Below are positions 40,496 through 49,798 of a stretch of DNA of 64,000 nt, piece after piece. The stretch is from a virus. A program made the translations under genes and the position numbers. Location of the stretch: positions 5,696 to 69,695 of IMG/VR virus record IMGVR_UViG_3300028374_000012, one strand, 5' to 3'. A model generated the notes under the pieces. That model did no database searches and was not told the DNA's origin. It saw only the letters and a list, made by a program, of their open reading frames with translations. How positions within the stretch are numbered: position 1 is the stretch's first letter; the number at the start of each line of letters is the position of its first letter.

Positions 40496-40832
40496 ATGGG
40501 GAAGTATTGTAATTGTTCAGCTCTTTATGCTAGTAGTTCTACTAGCTGGGCGAGGTAATAACAATGATCAGGCCACGGCGGCCATGGTTACAGAAGTATC
40601 ACAGCAGTGGGATGATGCCTCTGGCATGCAGAGATTTGAACTGCACGGTGTTTCTAATAATATCGTGCAAGAGTTCACAGCGGAGATGTCTAATGCTATG
40701 ATTCCAGGACTTATAATCTTGAATAATTATGGAAACATGACAACTTTTGAGTACAGATCATCAAACGGCCTGTACTTAATTGAACTGGTACAATTCCACG
40801 ATTTTGTGGAGATAAAAGTCATAAAACAATAA
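40482..40832 (+). CDS. Putative exported/membrane protein
   Basis: N-terminal hydrophobic segment. Confidence 0.55.
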   Translation: MCQFKWGSIVIVQLFMLVVLLAGRGNNNDQATAAMVTEVSQQWDDASGMQRFELHGVSNNIVQEFTAEMSNAMIPGLIILNNYGNMTTFEYRSSNGLYLIELVQFHDFVEIKVIKQ

Positions 40833-40836
40833 TACT

Positions 40837-41493
40837 ATGAAATATTTATTAATAATACTTATATCTTTATCTGCATTAGCTTGCAGCGGACCAGAATATC
40901 ATGAAGTTATTCGTGAGCTGGATCTCGACGGCGTGATTGTTACTGAAAGACGAGCTCCCGCCTTAGGGCATAAATATAATGTTAGTTCATTATATATTGA
41001 GCAGAAGTTGGATGAAAAGGGTATTTCCTTCAGAAAAACAGCATATGGCGAATATAAACTTCGCGGTGGGACATATTTATATGTTAGGACAGATGGATTA
41101 AACTTGCGTATAAAAGCTTATCCGGAACAAATGGATAGTGAGTTGAAGCGAAATATCCAAGATCAAGGCCGTACAGAAACAATAATAAGATTTGTACGCA
41201 TACTTAGTGACTTAATGGGAATGGACGACCCTGACTTTGAAATAATTGCTTCTGCTGAGGAAGGTTGGGTATTTCATTTTCCATCAACACCTCCAAACAA
41301 GTTTAGAGCTGCTTTGGAAGCTCTAAGGAGAACTAACAGTTTAACTATCATACATGATGCTTATGAAGTAGATGATGAGGATCTTGTTAGTTCTTACGGA
41401 GTACTTAACAGGGTAGGAGGGGAAGATACAATAACACGATTTGCGTTATTGGAAAATGGCAAATACGGAAGTTCTCTTATATTTGCTGAGTAA
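40837..41493 (+). CDS. Putative lipoprotein
   Basis: MKYLLIILISLSALA-C lipobox. Confidence 0.65.
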   Translation: MKYLLIILISLSALACSGPEYHEVIRELDLDGVIVTERRAPALGHKYNVSSLYIEQKLDEKGISFRKTAYGEYKLRGGTYLYVRTDGLNLRIKAYPEQMDSELKRNIQDQGRTETIIRFVRILSDLMGMDDPDFEIIASAEEGWVFHFPSTPPNKFRAALEALRRTNSLTIIHDAYEVDDEDLVSSYGVLNRVGGEDTITRFALLENGKYGSSLIFAE

Positions 41494-41495
41494 TA

Positions 41496-41532
41496 TAAAA
41501 AGAGCCCTCCCGATTAGGAGGCTCTTTTTTTT
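41496..41532. terminator. Bidirectional intrinsic terminator
   Basis: A tract, GAGCCCTCC...GGAGGCTC hairpin, T tract between convergent genes. Confidence 0.78.
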
Positions 41533-43658
41533 TAGTTTACCTTTTTTATTGTTGCCTGTAGCTGGTATAGTTGTTCAACCACTTCACTTAAACCTGTCAT
41601 TGCATTTTTTACTGCATCCGGAGACGTAGACTGTAACCCAAGTCTTGAGGCAATCAGTAACTTTGACAAGTTTGTCAAAGCTTCCTCATAAATAGGTAGT
41701 GCATCAATATATTCTGTAACATTCCTGGTTCTCAGTAAATTCAGTGAGAGCACTGCATCAACAGATGTTTTATCTGTTAAAGTAGCTGCTTCTTTTACAA
41801 GCAGCCGAGAAACTTTCATTTTATGTGAAGCTGTCTTCTCAAACTCTTCAGAGATAATCTCATCTAAGTTATTTAAGCTCATGGGTGCCTTTAATTGACC
41901 TTCCACTTCAAATGATCTATTAAACTCAAGGCCTGCAAACTTTTCAAGGTCCTCTTCAACACCACCGCAATGGACAAGCGCCCATTTAGCGTCAAGTTCA
42001 CTTAAATTACGTACTGGATGTTCTTGTGCATACTTTGTGAACTCAGGGCCGCTTAGGTTATATAGTCCTGCTTTATCTCGAAAAACTTGGTGATTATTTA
42101 ATAATGAGTTAGCATTTTTAATAATTTCACCAGATTTTTGGTCTTCAACCATAAGAAAGTCATCTGCATTGATTAAATAAACAGCTTCTTTTTCAAGCCA
42201 TGTCGCCGGCGATTCTTGGTCAGTTAAATAGAATGCAACCTTATCAAACCCATTTAATCCTTCTACTTTTATTTTAGCTTCAAAATTCTTTAAATTAGCT
42301 AGTTTTTCATTGTTTTTATCTAATTTGATCCATTTAGCATTCTTAGGTACATAAAACCCTGTTTTTTCGGTTTCGTGTTGCTCAAAACCTTCATTTTCAA
42401 CCTTGACTGGATAAAATGCCAGCTTAGAAAAGAATTCTCCTTCTCCTTCAATTGTCCAGTTGCCCGGTCCGGCCACTTTAGACATCTTAGTGATTGTAAC
42501 AGGTGCAGTTGCAGTTTTTTCAGTTACAAATATGCCATGATCACCAATTTTTGGCTCTGATCCTTCAAAATCATCAAAATTAGCAGTGCCTTCAAGTTCA
42601 GAGGCTGTTTTTACATATTCTCCACTAGTTGTAACTGTCAGTCGCTCAGAACCACCAGTATCAATCCGCCAGTTTGCAAATTTAGGTCGATCTGCTACTT
42701 TTTCAATATTTGTAATCATTAATTCTACTAAAGGGGAAAATTCACCCTCTTTTACCGTTCCAATTTCACCAAAAGCGCCTTTTTCTGATCTAATTGGTTT
42801 TTTTTCTGTTTTAGAGGCAATTTTCTCTAATTTTGGTCGAGATTGCTTATTTAGAAGCATTTCTTCTTGTTCTTGCGACTCAAGAGTAGAAATCTTGGTT
42901 GTCCAGGTCTTATTGAAGCGTGAGTTGGCCTGTTTAATAAAATGTTGGCCATTTTTGTCTCTATATGTAAGCTGGCGATCAATCTCTAAATTTCTTACAT
43001 AGTCATCAAGCGAAGCAGTTTTAGTGCTTTGCTTGCTCTTGTCTACTAATTTCTTTATCAGATCTAAATGTCCGTTCTTTTCAAATGCTTTCTTGACGAT
43101 AGGATCTTTTAACTCTTCTAAAATTTCCATAACATCATCTCTGTGAACAAATGAAAGTTTGTCGATTACACTAGCCACTTTCACAGCATCACGCGTTGTT
43201 CTGTTGGAGCCTGAAGCTGAACCATAATTGTCAGTGGGGCTATATTGTAGGTGATTGCTCCCACCAAACAAGTTCTCCATCACAGACTTGCGATCCATCC
43301 GTACTCCTTTAAATGCGTCAGGCTTGTTATAAATTTGTTTCAAGAAAAAGTCATTTAGTGGTACAATAGCTTCCGGAAGTATCATTACATCCATTGGACT
43401 AAGTCGGAATTCTTTGATAATGACCGGAACACTAACATCAATAACTTCCAGGCTGCCTACTGCATAACCTTTTTCTGGATCTTTCTTGGTCCAGGATATT
43501 GACATTGCTTCTTCTTGTAGATATGGAAATTGTTCTAGGAAATAACTTACAATTTCTTTAATCCACTTTGTGTGGTCTTGGTTAAGGAAAAAGGAATAAG
43601 ACTCAGCCGTCTTTTCGAGCTGAATCTGGGGTGTCTCTTCAACAAATAGATCTTTCAT
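41532..43658 (-). CDS. Large putative inner-head/core protein with about 17 K-x-A motifs
   Basis: 708 aa; EKTA x3, VKVA, TKTA, IKQA, EKIA, EKVA, VKTA, SKVA, EKLA, DKVA, EKEA, IKNA, TKYA, EKFA, VKEA. Confidence 0.6.
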   Translation of the reverse strand: MKDLFVEETPQIQLEKTAESYSFFLNQDHTKWIKEIVSYFLEQFPYLQEEAMSISWTKKDPEKGYAVGSLEVIDVSVPVIIKEFRLSPMDVMILPEAIVPLNDFFLKQIYNKPDAFKGVRMDRKSVMENLFGGSNHLQYSPTDNYGSASGSNRTTRDAVKVASVIDKLSFVHRDDVMEILEELKDPIVKKAFEKNGHLDLIKKLVDKSKQSTKTASLDDYVRNLEIDRQLTYRDKNGQHFIKQANSRFNKTWTTKISTLESQEQEEMLLNKQSRPKLEKIASKTEKKPIRSEKGAFGEIGTVKEGEFSPLVELMITNIEKVADRPKFANWRIDTGGSERLTVTTSGEYVKTASELEGTANFDDFEGSEPKIGDHGIFVTEKTATAPVTITKMSKVAGPGNWTIEGEGEFFSKLAFYPVKVENEGFEQHETEKTGFYVPKNAKWIKLDKNNEKLANLKNFEAKIKVEGLNGFDKVAFYLTDQESPATWLEKEAVYLINADDFLMVEDQKSGEIIKNANSLLNNHQVFRDKAGLYNLSGPEFTKYAQEHPVRNLSELDAKWALVHCGGVEEDLEKFAGLEFNRSFEVEGQLKAPMSLNNLDEIISEEFEKTASHKMKVSRLLVKEAATLTDKTSVDAVLSLNLLRTRNVTEYIDALPIYEEALTNLSKLLIASRLGLQSTSPDAVKNAMTGLSEVVEQLYQLQATIKKVN

Positions 43659-43698
43659 TTTTTTTGTCTGTGTTTATTTAAATGTGTAATCGAGTTTT

Positions 43699-43727
43699 AA
43701 TATATTTTATAATGTTTATATAGTCAA
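43699..43727 (-). promoter_or_regulatory. Sigma70-like promoter
   Basis: TTGACT-17 bp-TATATT. Confidence 0.75.
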
Positions 43728-43738
43728 ATATGATTTTA

Positions 43739-45400
43739 CTAATTAGTCTTTAGGTTAGGAAGTTTGAGCTGTGTAACTAAAGCAGGGAAAGGGGGCTCTG
43801 GTGTTCCCGGGGCAGATCCCATGGTCCATGTTGGTGCATTTGCAAGAGTTGTGATTAAGTCTTCAAAAACTAATGCCTTCCCATTGAATGTTAAACCTTT
43901 CGGTGTAATCTTAAATGTACTTCCACCTGATTTAAGGATAATATCATCACCATCTAAGTTTAACTTAGCGCCGGAGCTATTCTCAATCTCAACATTAGAC
44001 GATTCAACTTTTATGCTTTCCTTTTTGCCATTCTTTTCAAAAGTAACGCTTAATTTATCTTTCTCTAGTTGGTGTGTATACTTGGTAGAACCTGATTCAA
44101 TTTCTTGTAAAAATAAACTATCACCCTCGACGACTTCTTGGAAGCTTGTGTTTTCATTATTAACTTTGCGTACATAAAGGGAGTCCGGTCCGCCTATAAT
44201 CTTGTCTGATACAATGGAACCGTGTGCTAAATGATAATTTAGTGAATACTTCCCACCTACAATAGTAGTTCTTAGCAAGTCGGCGTCTTTAGCCCAGGTA
44301 AATTCTCTATGTATAGAGTTTTTATAATCTTCAGTTCCGCTATTTAGTTTTCCAAAGCTATGTATATACTTGTAATTATGTTGTTTACTATATTTTACTC
44401 CCCAGCCCTTGCCTTCTCCTGTTGGATCAGTTATTTGACTACCATAAGCTTTATTACTATCTGTTCCCTCATAAACATATAAACCTAGGATTTCTCCTCG
44501 ATCAACAGAGTTTGCATTATCACTTTTTAGCTTACCATATCTGAACTTAAATAATCCTGTATCTCCTTGAATATTCTTTTTAGCTGAAAGTTCTACTAAA
44601 CTACCTTCTGCATACTGTAATCCATCAAATCTTTCATGTTTTTCTTGAAAGCCCATCAAAGCATTGGTTACTACAGTCTTATCTTGTGAATTTATATTAT
44701 GAGAGCTTTGTCGCGTCTGAATTTCATATAAATGGGTTCTTCCGGGTATATGTCCGGCCAATACGATGGCTTTATCAACATATTTGTACTGAGATGGGAA
44801 CTTAGGTAGTAATTGAGCATATCCTTTCTCTATTCGCTTATCTGAATCAGTAAATCCTGGGTTTTCTTTGTGCTTATAAAAAACAGCTCTATATTGTGTT
44901 TCTTTGCTATCTTTATCATATAAATAATGCTGTGAACCTCCAAGTGCCTCAATTTTAGCTGTTTTGCCCTTTAAGAGTACTTCGCCTTTATCTCCATCAA
45001 CACTAACTTGTGCAAAAAGGCTTGAAAACATGGAAATTTGCCCATTTTTACCTAAAATAAGAGAAGCTGGCTTCAATCCACCCGCTGTAAGTGTTGTGGA
45101 GCCTTCTGAAAGCTGTTGAGGTATTAATTGGCCATAAGGAGAGGCATTTCGGGGCCTTGTGTATGATAATATCTGTCTTTGGCCGGCTTCTTCGAAAACA
45201 ATACATTCTTGACCTATTTCAGGGTAAGAAATAACACCTGCGCCATATTTTGACGTTGGGATAGGTGTTGGAGGGTTTGCAACCCATGATTGTACATTAA
45301 AATCAGTATAAGGGTATGGAGTAACATATATTTTACGTTGTTGTTCCCCATTATTGTCCGGAATTGATATTTTTGTAACTTTTGCTCTAAAAACTTTCAT
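43739..45400 (-). CDS. Putative baseplate central spike (gp5/VgrG/GpV-like)
   Basis: N-terminal OB-fold-like FRAKVT...YPEIGQECIV; C-terminal run of short beta-strand repeats. Confidence 0.55.
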   Translation of the reverse strand: MKVFRAKVTKISIPDNNGEQQRKIYVTPYPYTDFNVQSWVANPPTPIPTSKYGAGVISYPEIGQECIVFEEAGQRQILSYTRPRNASPYGQLIPQQLSEGSTTLTAGGLKPASLILGKNGQISMFSSLFAQVSVDGDKGEVLLKGKTAKIEALGGSQHYLYDKDSKETQYRAVFYKHKENPGFTDSDKRIEKGYAQLLPKFPSQYKYVDKAIVLAGHIPGRTHLYEIQTRQSSHNINSQDKTVVTNALMGFQEKHERFDGLQYAEGSLVELSAKKNIQGDTGLFKFRYGKLKSDNANSVDRGEILGLYVYEGTDSNKAYGSQITDPTGEGKGWGVKYSKQHNYKYIHSFGKLNSGTEDYKNSIHREFTWAKDADLLRTTIVGGKYSLNYHLAHGSIVSDKIIGGPDSLYVRKVNNENTSFQEVVEGDSLFLQEIESGSTKYTHQLEKDKLSVTFEKNGKKESIKVESSNVEIENSSGAKLNLDGDDIILKSGGSTFKITPKGLTFNGKALVFEDLITTLANAPTWTMGSAPGTPEPPFPALVTQLKLPNLKTN

Positions 45401-45408
45401 TATCTCCT

Positions 45409-45437
45409 AATATAAACTACAAACTCACTAAATTCAA
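45409..45437 (-). promoter_or_regulatory. Sigma70-like promoter
   Basis: TTGAAT-17 bp-TATATT, 8 nt before ATG 45400. Confidence 0.65.
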
Positions 45438-45444
45438 ATTAAAT

Positions 45445-45460
45445 GGTATAAGAACAGTGA
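45445..45460 (+). promoter_or_regulatory. Phage plus-strand promoter motif, copy 7
   Basis: GGTATAAGAACAGTGA. Confidence 0.72.
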
Positions 45461-45484
45461 ACAAATCCAATTTATTTTTACATT

Positions 45485-46465
45485 ATGAAAATACGTAACC
45501 TAGGCTATGCGTGTGAGAATTACCAACTACGCAACCAAGACGAAATTATCCGTACCAGTAGAACTATGCGAAAGCGCACATTTAAAACAAGAGGTATGAA
45601 ATATGTCAACGAACTGTGTGAAGCTAATCTGCAAGATCTTTTAAAGATACTTAAATGGAATCATGAGAACGGCGTAAAGTTATTTCGTATATCATCAGAT
45701 ATCCTGCCATGGAAATCTCACTGGCGGTGGGATCAACTCCCGGACAATAGTAAAGTCTTAAATTTACTCTCTGATGTTGGTGGGTATGCAAGACTAAGCG
45801 GCCAAAGATTAACCTTTCATCCGGACCACTTTGTAAAACTGGCGAGCCCTGATAAGAAAGTGGCTCAAAATAGCATTGACGATCTTATAGAACATGACAA
45901 TATTTTGAATGCAATGTTTGGAACAACTATCACTCAAAACCATTACAATACTGTTAACATACATATTGGAGCAGCTTATGGTAATAAATTTAGAACTTTA
46001 GACAGATTTCTACTTAGATTTAGAAATGAGCTGCCTAGCACGCTGCGCTGTCGATTAACTATAGAGAATGACGACAAGCCCGCCCTGTATCATACCAGAG
46101 AGCTTTTCAACTATTTTGTGGGCAGAGAAGTGATACCTATAATGTTTGATTTTCATCATTACAGAGTAAACCCAGATCCAAAAGCCAGTGAAAAGTATTC
46201 AGCAAAGCTTGCAGAGCTAACCTGGCCCGTATTAAGTACTATTCCTATATTTCATTGGAGTGAGAGCCGGCGAAAAGAGCAAGGCGATGATAAGATACGG
46301 AAAAATGCCCATAGCGATCTATGTTATGGTCCATTACCTACATATAAATTAGATAGGCCAGTTGACCTAATGATCGAAGCAAAGCATAAAGAACAATCAA
46401 TAAATTTAATTAAATACGCAAATGGAAGAAAAGTCCATTCAACACCAAAGAGAGTACCCCATTGA
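45485..46465 (+). CDS. uvsE: UV damage endonuclease (UvsE/UVDE)
   Basis: LGYAC, FRISS, RLTFHP.HF, NIHIG, LTIENDD, FDFHH, HWSE, AHSD, MIEAK.KE; ends in TGA. Confidence 0.92.
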   Translation: MKIRNLGYACENYQLRNQDEIIRTSRTMRKRTFKTRGMKYVNELCEANLQDLLKILKWNHENGVKLFRISSDILPWKSHWRWDQLPDNSKVLNLLSDVGGYARLSGQRLTFHPDHFVKLASPDKKVAQNSIDDLIEHDNILNAMFGTTITQNHYNTVNIHIGAAYGNKFRTLDRFLLRFRNELPSTLRCRLTIENDDKPALYHTRELFNYFVGREVIPIMFDFHHYRVNPDPKASEKYSAKLAELTWPVLSTIPIFHWSESRRKEQGDDKIRKNAHSDLCYGPLPTYKLDRPVDLMIEAKHKEQSINLIKYANGRKVHSTPKRVPH

Positions 46466-46856
46466 TGTGAATAAAAAATGGGGAGTAAGAGCCGAGCTTG
46501 ATATGAGTAATGATGATAAAAACCCAACAGATAAAGCAATACTTGTAGGGTGGCTGAACAATATTGAGTCAATACCAGAACTAGAAAACATACTGGTTAT
46601 GGTTATAAACTTTACTCAAGCTGTATACGGTAGCGAGAACAACATAAATAAAATACTAGAACTACCTCCTAATAAGCATATATTTACCTGTTATTTTCCA
46701 ATATTTAACCCAAAAGCAACTTCAGAGGAAATTGAAAAGGAAGTTTGTAAAGCTTCAGGGGGTTTGCTACATAATTTTAAACTAAAATCATTTAATACTA
46801 AAAGCGATTTAATAAAATGGGTTTTAAACATAAAACAGAAAACGGAACCGGAATAA
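46422..46856 (+). CDS. Hypothetical protein
   Basis: 144 aa overlapping the uvsE end. Confidence 0.55.
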   Translation: MEEKSIQHQREYPIDVNKKWGVRAELDMSNDDKNPTDKAILVGWLNNIESIPELENILVMVINFTQAVYGSENNINKILELPPNKHIFTCYFPIFNPKATSEEIEKEVCKASGGLLHNFKLKSFNTKSDLIKWVLNIKQKTEPE

Positions 46857-46991
46857 TAACCGATCCGGCTAGCTCAATAAATTATGAAGGCATTGGTAAA
46901 TCATTAGTAAAAGTTATTTTTGATTTTATAAAACCACAATCAATGTTGGAAATGTACGAAGTTGACTTTTTAAAATTTAAAGCTTTATATA

Positions 46992-47339
46992 ATGCGAGAG
47001 ATTTCATACTTTAATACTGATCTTTTTTGGGCTCTACATTTAGGCGACAATATTTATATCCAAAACAAAGTAGTAAAGCACATAATCCGGTCAGACCGGT
47101 CAAATAAAATAGGTGTTGTTTTTACTAGATGGGGTCGGGTCAAGTACGACTTTGGGATTATATTTTCAATTCCTATATCCCAAGGCAATAAACTTCCTAT
47201 TAGTACTTTAATTGATGATATTCGAAATTCGGACCAAGTAGATGGAAGCTTAAAGAGCCCAATAATTAAACTAAAACCATTCATATTTAAAAAAGACATG
47301 ATAGAATATGCAAATAAACAGAAACCTTTGAAAATTTAA
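46992..47339 (+). CDS. Hypothetical protein
   Basis: 115 aa; shares KHI..SDRSNK with 22152-22511. Confidence 0.55.
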   Translation: MREISYFNTDLFWALHLGDNIYIQNKVVKHIIRSDRSNKIGVVFTRWGRVKYDFGIIFSIPISQGNKLPISTLIDDIRNSDQVDGSLKSPIIKLKPFIFKKDMIEYANKQKPLKI

Positions 47340-47353
47340 ATACCTGATATATA

Positions 47354-49798
47354 ATGAGTAATGACAAAAGAATCTCGTATATTGAAGCTCCGATAACTAA
47401 TAAATCTCCTAGAGATGTTGTGTCATTAGAAACGATAGCAACTGCTATAAAAACAAATGAGCATTACAAGAGAATAACCCAGGAGTATAGAGAGCTAAAA
47501 CAAGACGGGGACGCAGAAGAAAAAGAGAAGCGCAAAAAGAAAGTAGAATCTTTTGATTATGTAACAATGAGTGGTGAGTTCAGTTATGTAAGCAACAAAA
47601 ACCTGATCAAACATAGTGGGTACATTTGTATTGACATTGACAAGATTGAGTCAAAGAAAAAGCTTTCAAAAATCAAAACCACTCTGGTTAATGATGAATT
47701 TTTAGATACTGCATTAATATTTGTTTCACCCGGCGGCTACGGCCTTAAGTGGATAATACCAATCGATGTAAAAAGTGTTCAAGACCATGAGGATTATTTT
47801 TATGCTATTGAATCTTACCTTTGGAATCAGTACAACATAGAAATAGATGCTGCATGTAAAGACGTAGCAAGGGCCTGCTTTTTATCATATGATGAGAATG
47901 CAATGTTTAATCCACGGGCCCGAGTAGCCGGTCATAGTTTTCTCAAAGAATGGAAAAGCAATGAGCCTTCCGTAGATAACAAACAAAAAAGTAATTTAAA
48001 TTCTAGCGGAGATACTCCCTGGGATGAGTATAATGCAAAAGGTGATCTAGGTAAGTTACTACTTGAGCACGGTTATACTTTTGTTCGTAGCGATAATATG
48101 GCTGATAAATATTTAAGACCTAACCCAAGCGGTGGTAGTGAATATTCAATTGTTGTTTATAGAGACACCGGAATGGGTTATGTACACTCATCTGAATGTA
48201 CGCCACTACCAATGGGATCTATTACACCAGCCAAGGCATTCTGCCTTCTTGAGGGTCGAGGTGATTGGAAGGAAGCAGCCAAACTATTAAAAGCTGAAGG
48301 TTATGGAAATGATAGTAGCCCAAAGCGAACGTTAAACCTAAAAGCAAATATGGAGCTTTCTGCATCGATTGTACCTTTCTGGGAAATATCTAAGTCAGGT
48401 AAGTGTGAGATATCAATAAACAAATTTATTGAGTTCTTGGAAAATGGTTTGAATCTATGTGTGCTTAGCTCAGAAGATAAAGGAGTTAACTATCTTGTTC
48501 AAAATGAGAAGCAAGTACTGATTGAGATAGACAAGGTTCAAATTGGATCTATGGTGCGAAATTATCTGCTAGAGCATGTTCTGCCTTACAATGCAGAGTT
48601 CTATGAAGTAATTACAAATGCTTTTCTTGAGTTTTGGATTACCGGGCAGAAATATAAGTTATTAGATGTTCTAACCAAAGTTGAAGCAGAGATGATTGAG
48701 GAAACAACAGACACCTCATATTTGTATTACAGAAATGGTTATTTAAAAGTTACAAAAGACGATTTTGAATTCTTGCCATATATCACGCTAGATAATTATA
48801 TATGGGAACGAGATATTCTTGACAGAGATTTTATTGACTTTGTAGATTATTCAAATTTCAACTTCAATAACTTTTGTATGAAAGTATCCGGAGATGATGA
48901 AAAACGATATAGTGCTTTGCGGAAAGCTTATGGGTACTTGATTCACTCTTTTAAGGATCCATCAATTGTTAAAGCTGTGATTCTTACAGATGAGTACTTG
49001 GGAGAAGATTTGCAAGTAGATGCAGGTGGTACCGGTAAAAGTATTGCTGCAAAAGCTTTATCTTTTATGAGACCAACAAAAGAGATAGCCGGTAAGCAGT
49101 TCGACCCGGAAAAATCATTTGCGTTTGCTGATGTAGAAGCAGGAGACAAGATACTATACATAGATGACGTTCACACTAGTTTAGATTTCCGCACCCTTTA
49201 TAATGTTCTTTCAAACAATTTTAAAGTTGAGAAGAAATATCAGAATCCGCAAACAATACCATTCGAGAAATCTCCTAAAATGATCATGACTACAAACCAT
49301 GCTTTAAAAGGGAACTCGAATTCTTTTCACAGAAGACAGTTAATTATTGAATTTGCTGAATACTTTGGTCCGGAGCATACTGTTAGTGATGAATACAACG
49401 AGCTGTTCTATACAGATTGGGAAACAAAGGACTGGCAACTCTTTGATTCATTTATGATAGATTGTTTACAATTATACTTAAAAGATGGATTATCTGAGAA
49501 GCTAATCAATTATCACAAAAAGCAGGTTCTACAAACTACCGGACCTGAGTTGTTTGACTATTTTGAAGAAACAATAACAGAACCAGGATTTTACCCAACA
49601 AGGGAACTTCTGAACGGTAGAACACCTCGGGACTCAATCAGGGGTTTCAGGATTGAATACCCTGAATATAAGCTGGGTGCGAAGGCTCTTGGTCCTCGAC
49701 TAGATACCTGGGCAAAGTACAAAGGTTACAAGATTAAAAGAGGCAGACAAGGACAAATTCGAGGCTATGATATAGAAATAAAAAAGCCTGAATCTTAA
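47354..49798 (+). CDS. Primase-helicase (BT4734/VirE-N-like AEP primase + SF3 helicase)
   Basis: SG.F......HSGYICIDID, FVSPGG.GLK, D.ACKDVARACFLSYD; GGTGKS Walker A, ILYIDD Walker B, MTTNH. Confidence 0.88.
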   Translation: MSNDKRISYIEAPITNKSPRDVVSLETIATAIKTNEHYKRITQEYRELKQDGDAEEKEKRKKKVESFDYVTMSGEFSYVSNKNLIKHSGYICIDIDKIESKKKLSKIKTTLVNDEFLDTALIFVSPGGYGLKWIIPIDVKSVQDHEDYFYAIESYLWNQYNIEIDAACKDVARACFLSYDENAMFNPRARVAGHSFLKEWKSNEPSVDNKQKSNLNSSGDTPWDEYNAKGDLGKLLLEHGYTFVRSDNMADKYLRPNPSGGSEYSIVVYRDTGMGYVHSSECTPLPMGSITPAKAFCLLEGRGDWKEAAKLLKAEGYGNDSSPKRTLNLKANMELSASIVPFWEISKSGKCEISINKFIEFLENGLNLCVLSSEDKGVNYLVQNEKQVLIEIDKVQIGSMVRNYLLEHVLPYNAEFYEVITNAFLEFWITGQKYKLLDVLTKVEAEMIEETTDTSYLYYRNGYLKVTKDDFEFLPYITLDNYIWERDILDRDFIDFVDYSNFNFNNFCMKVSGDDEKRYSALRKAYGYLIHSFKDPSIVKAVILTDEYLGEDLQVDAGGTGKSIAAKALSFMRPTKEIAGKQFDPEKSFAFADVEAGDKILYIDDVHTSLDFRTLYNVLSNNFKVEKKYQNPQTIPFEKSPKMIMTTNHALKGNSNSFHRRQLIIEFAEYFGPEHTVSDEYNELFYTDWETKDWQLFDSFMIDCLQLYLKDGLSEKLINYHKKQVLQTTGPELFDYFEETITEPGFYPTRELLNGRTPRDSIRGFRIEYPEYKLGAKALGPRLDTWAKYKGYKIKRGRQGQIRGYDIEIKKPES

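Noticed and set aside
41532-43658. Portal protein call for the 708-aa ORF
   Set aside because: No portal features recognised; the dense K-x-A sites fit a processed core protein. The portal is probably outside the window.
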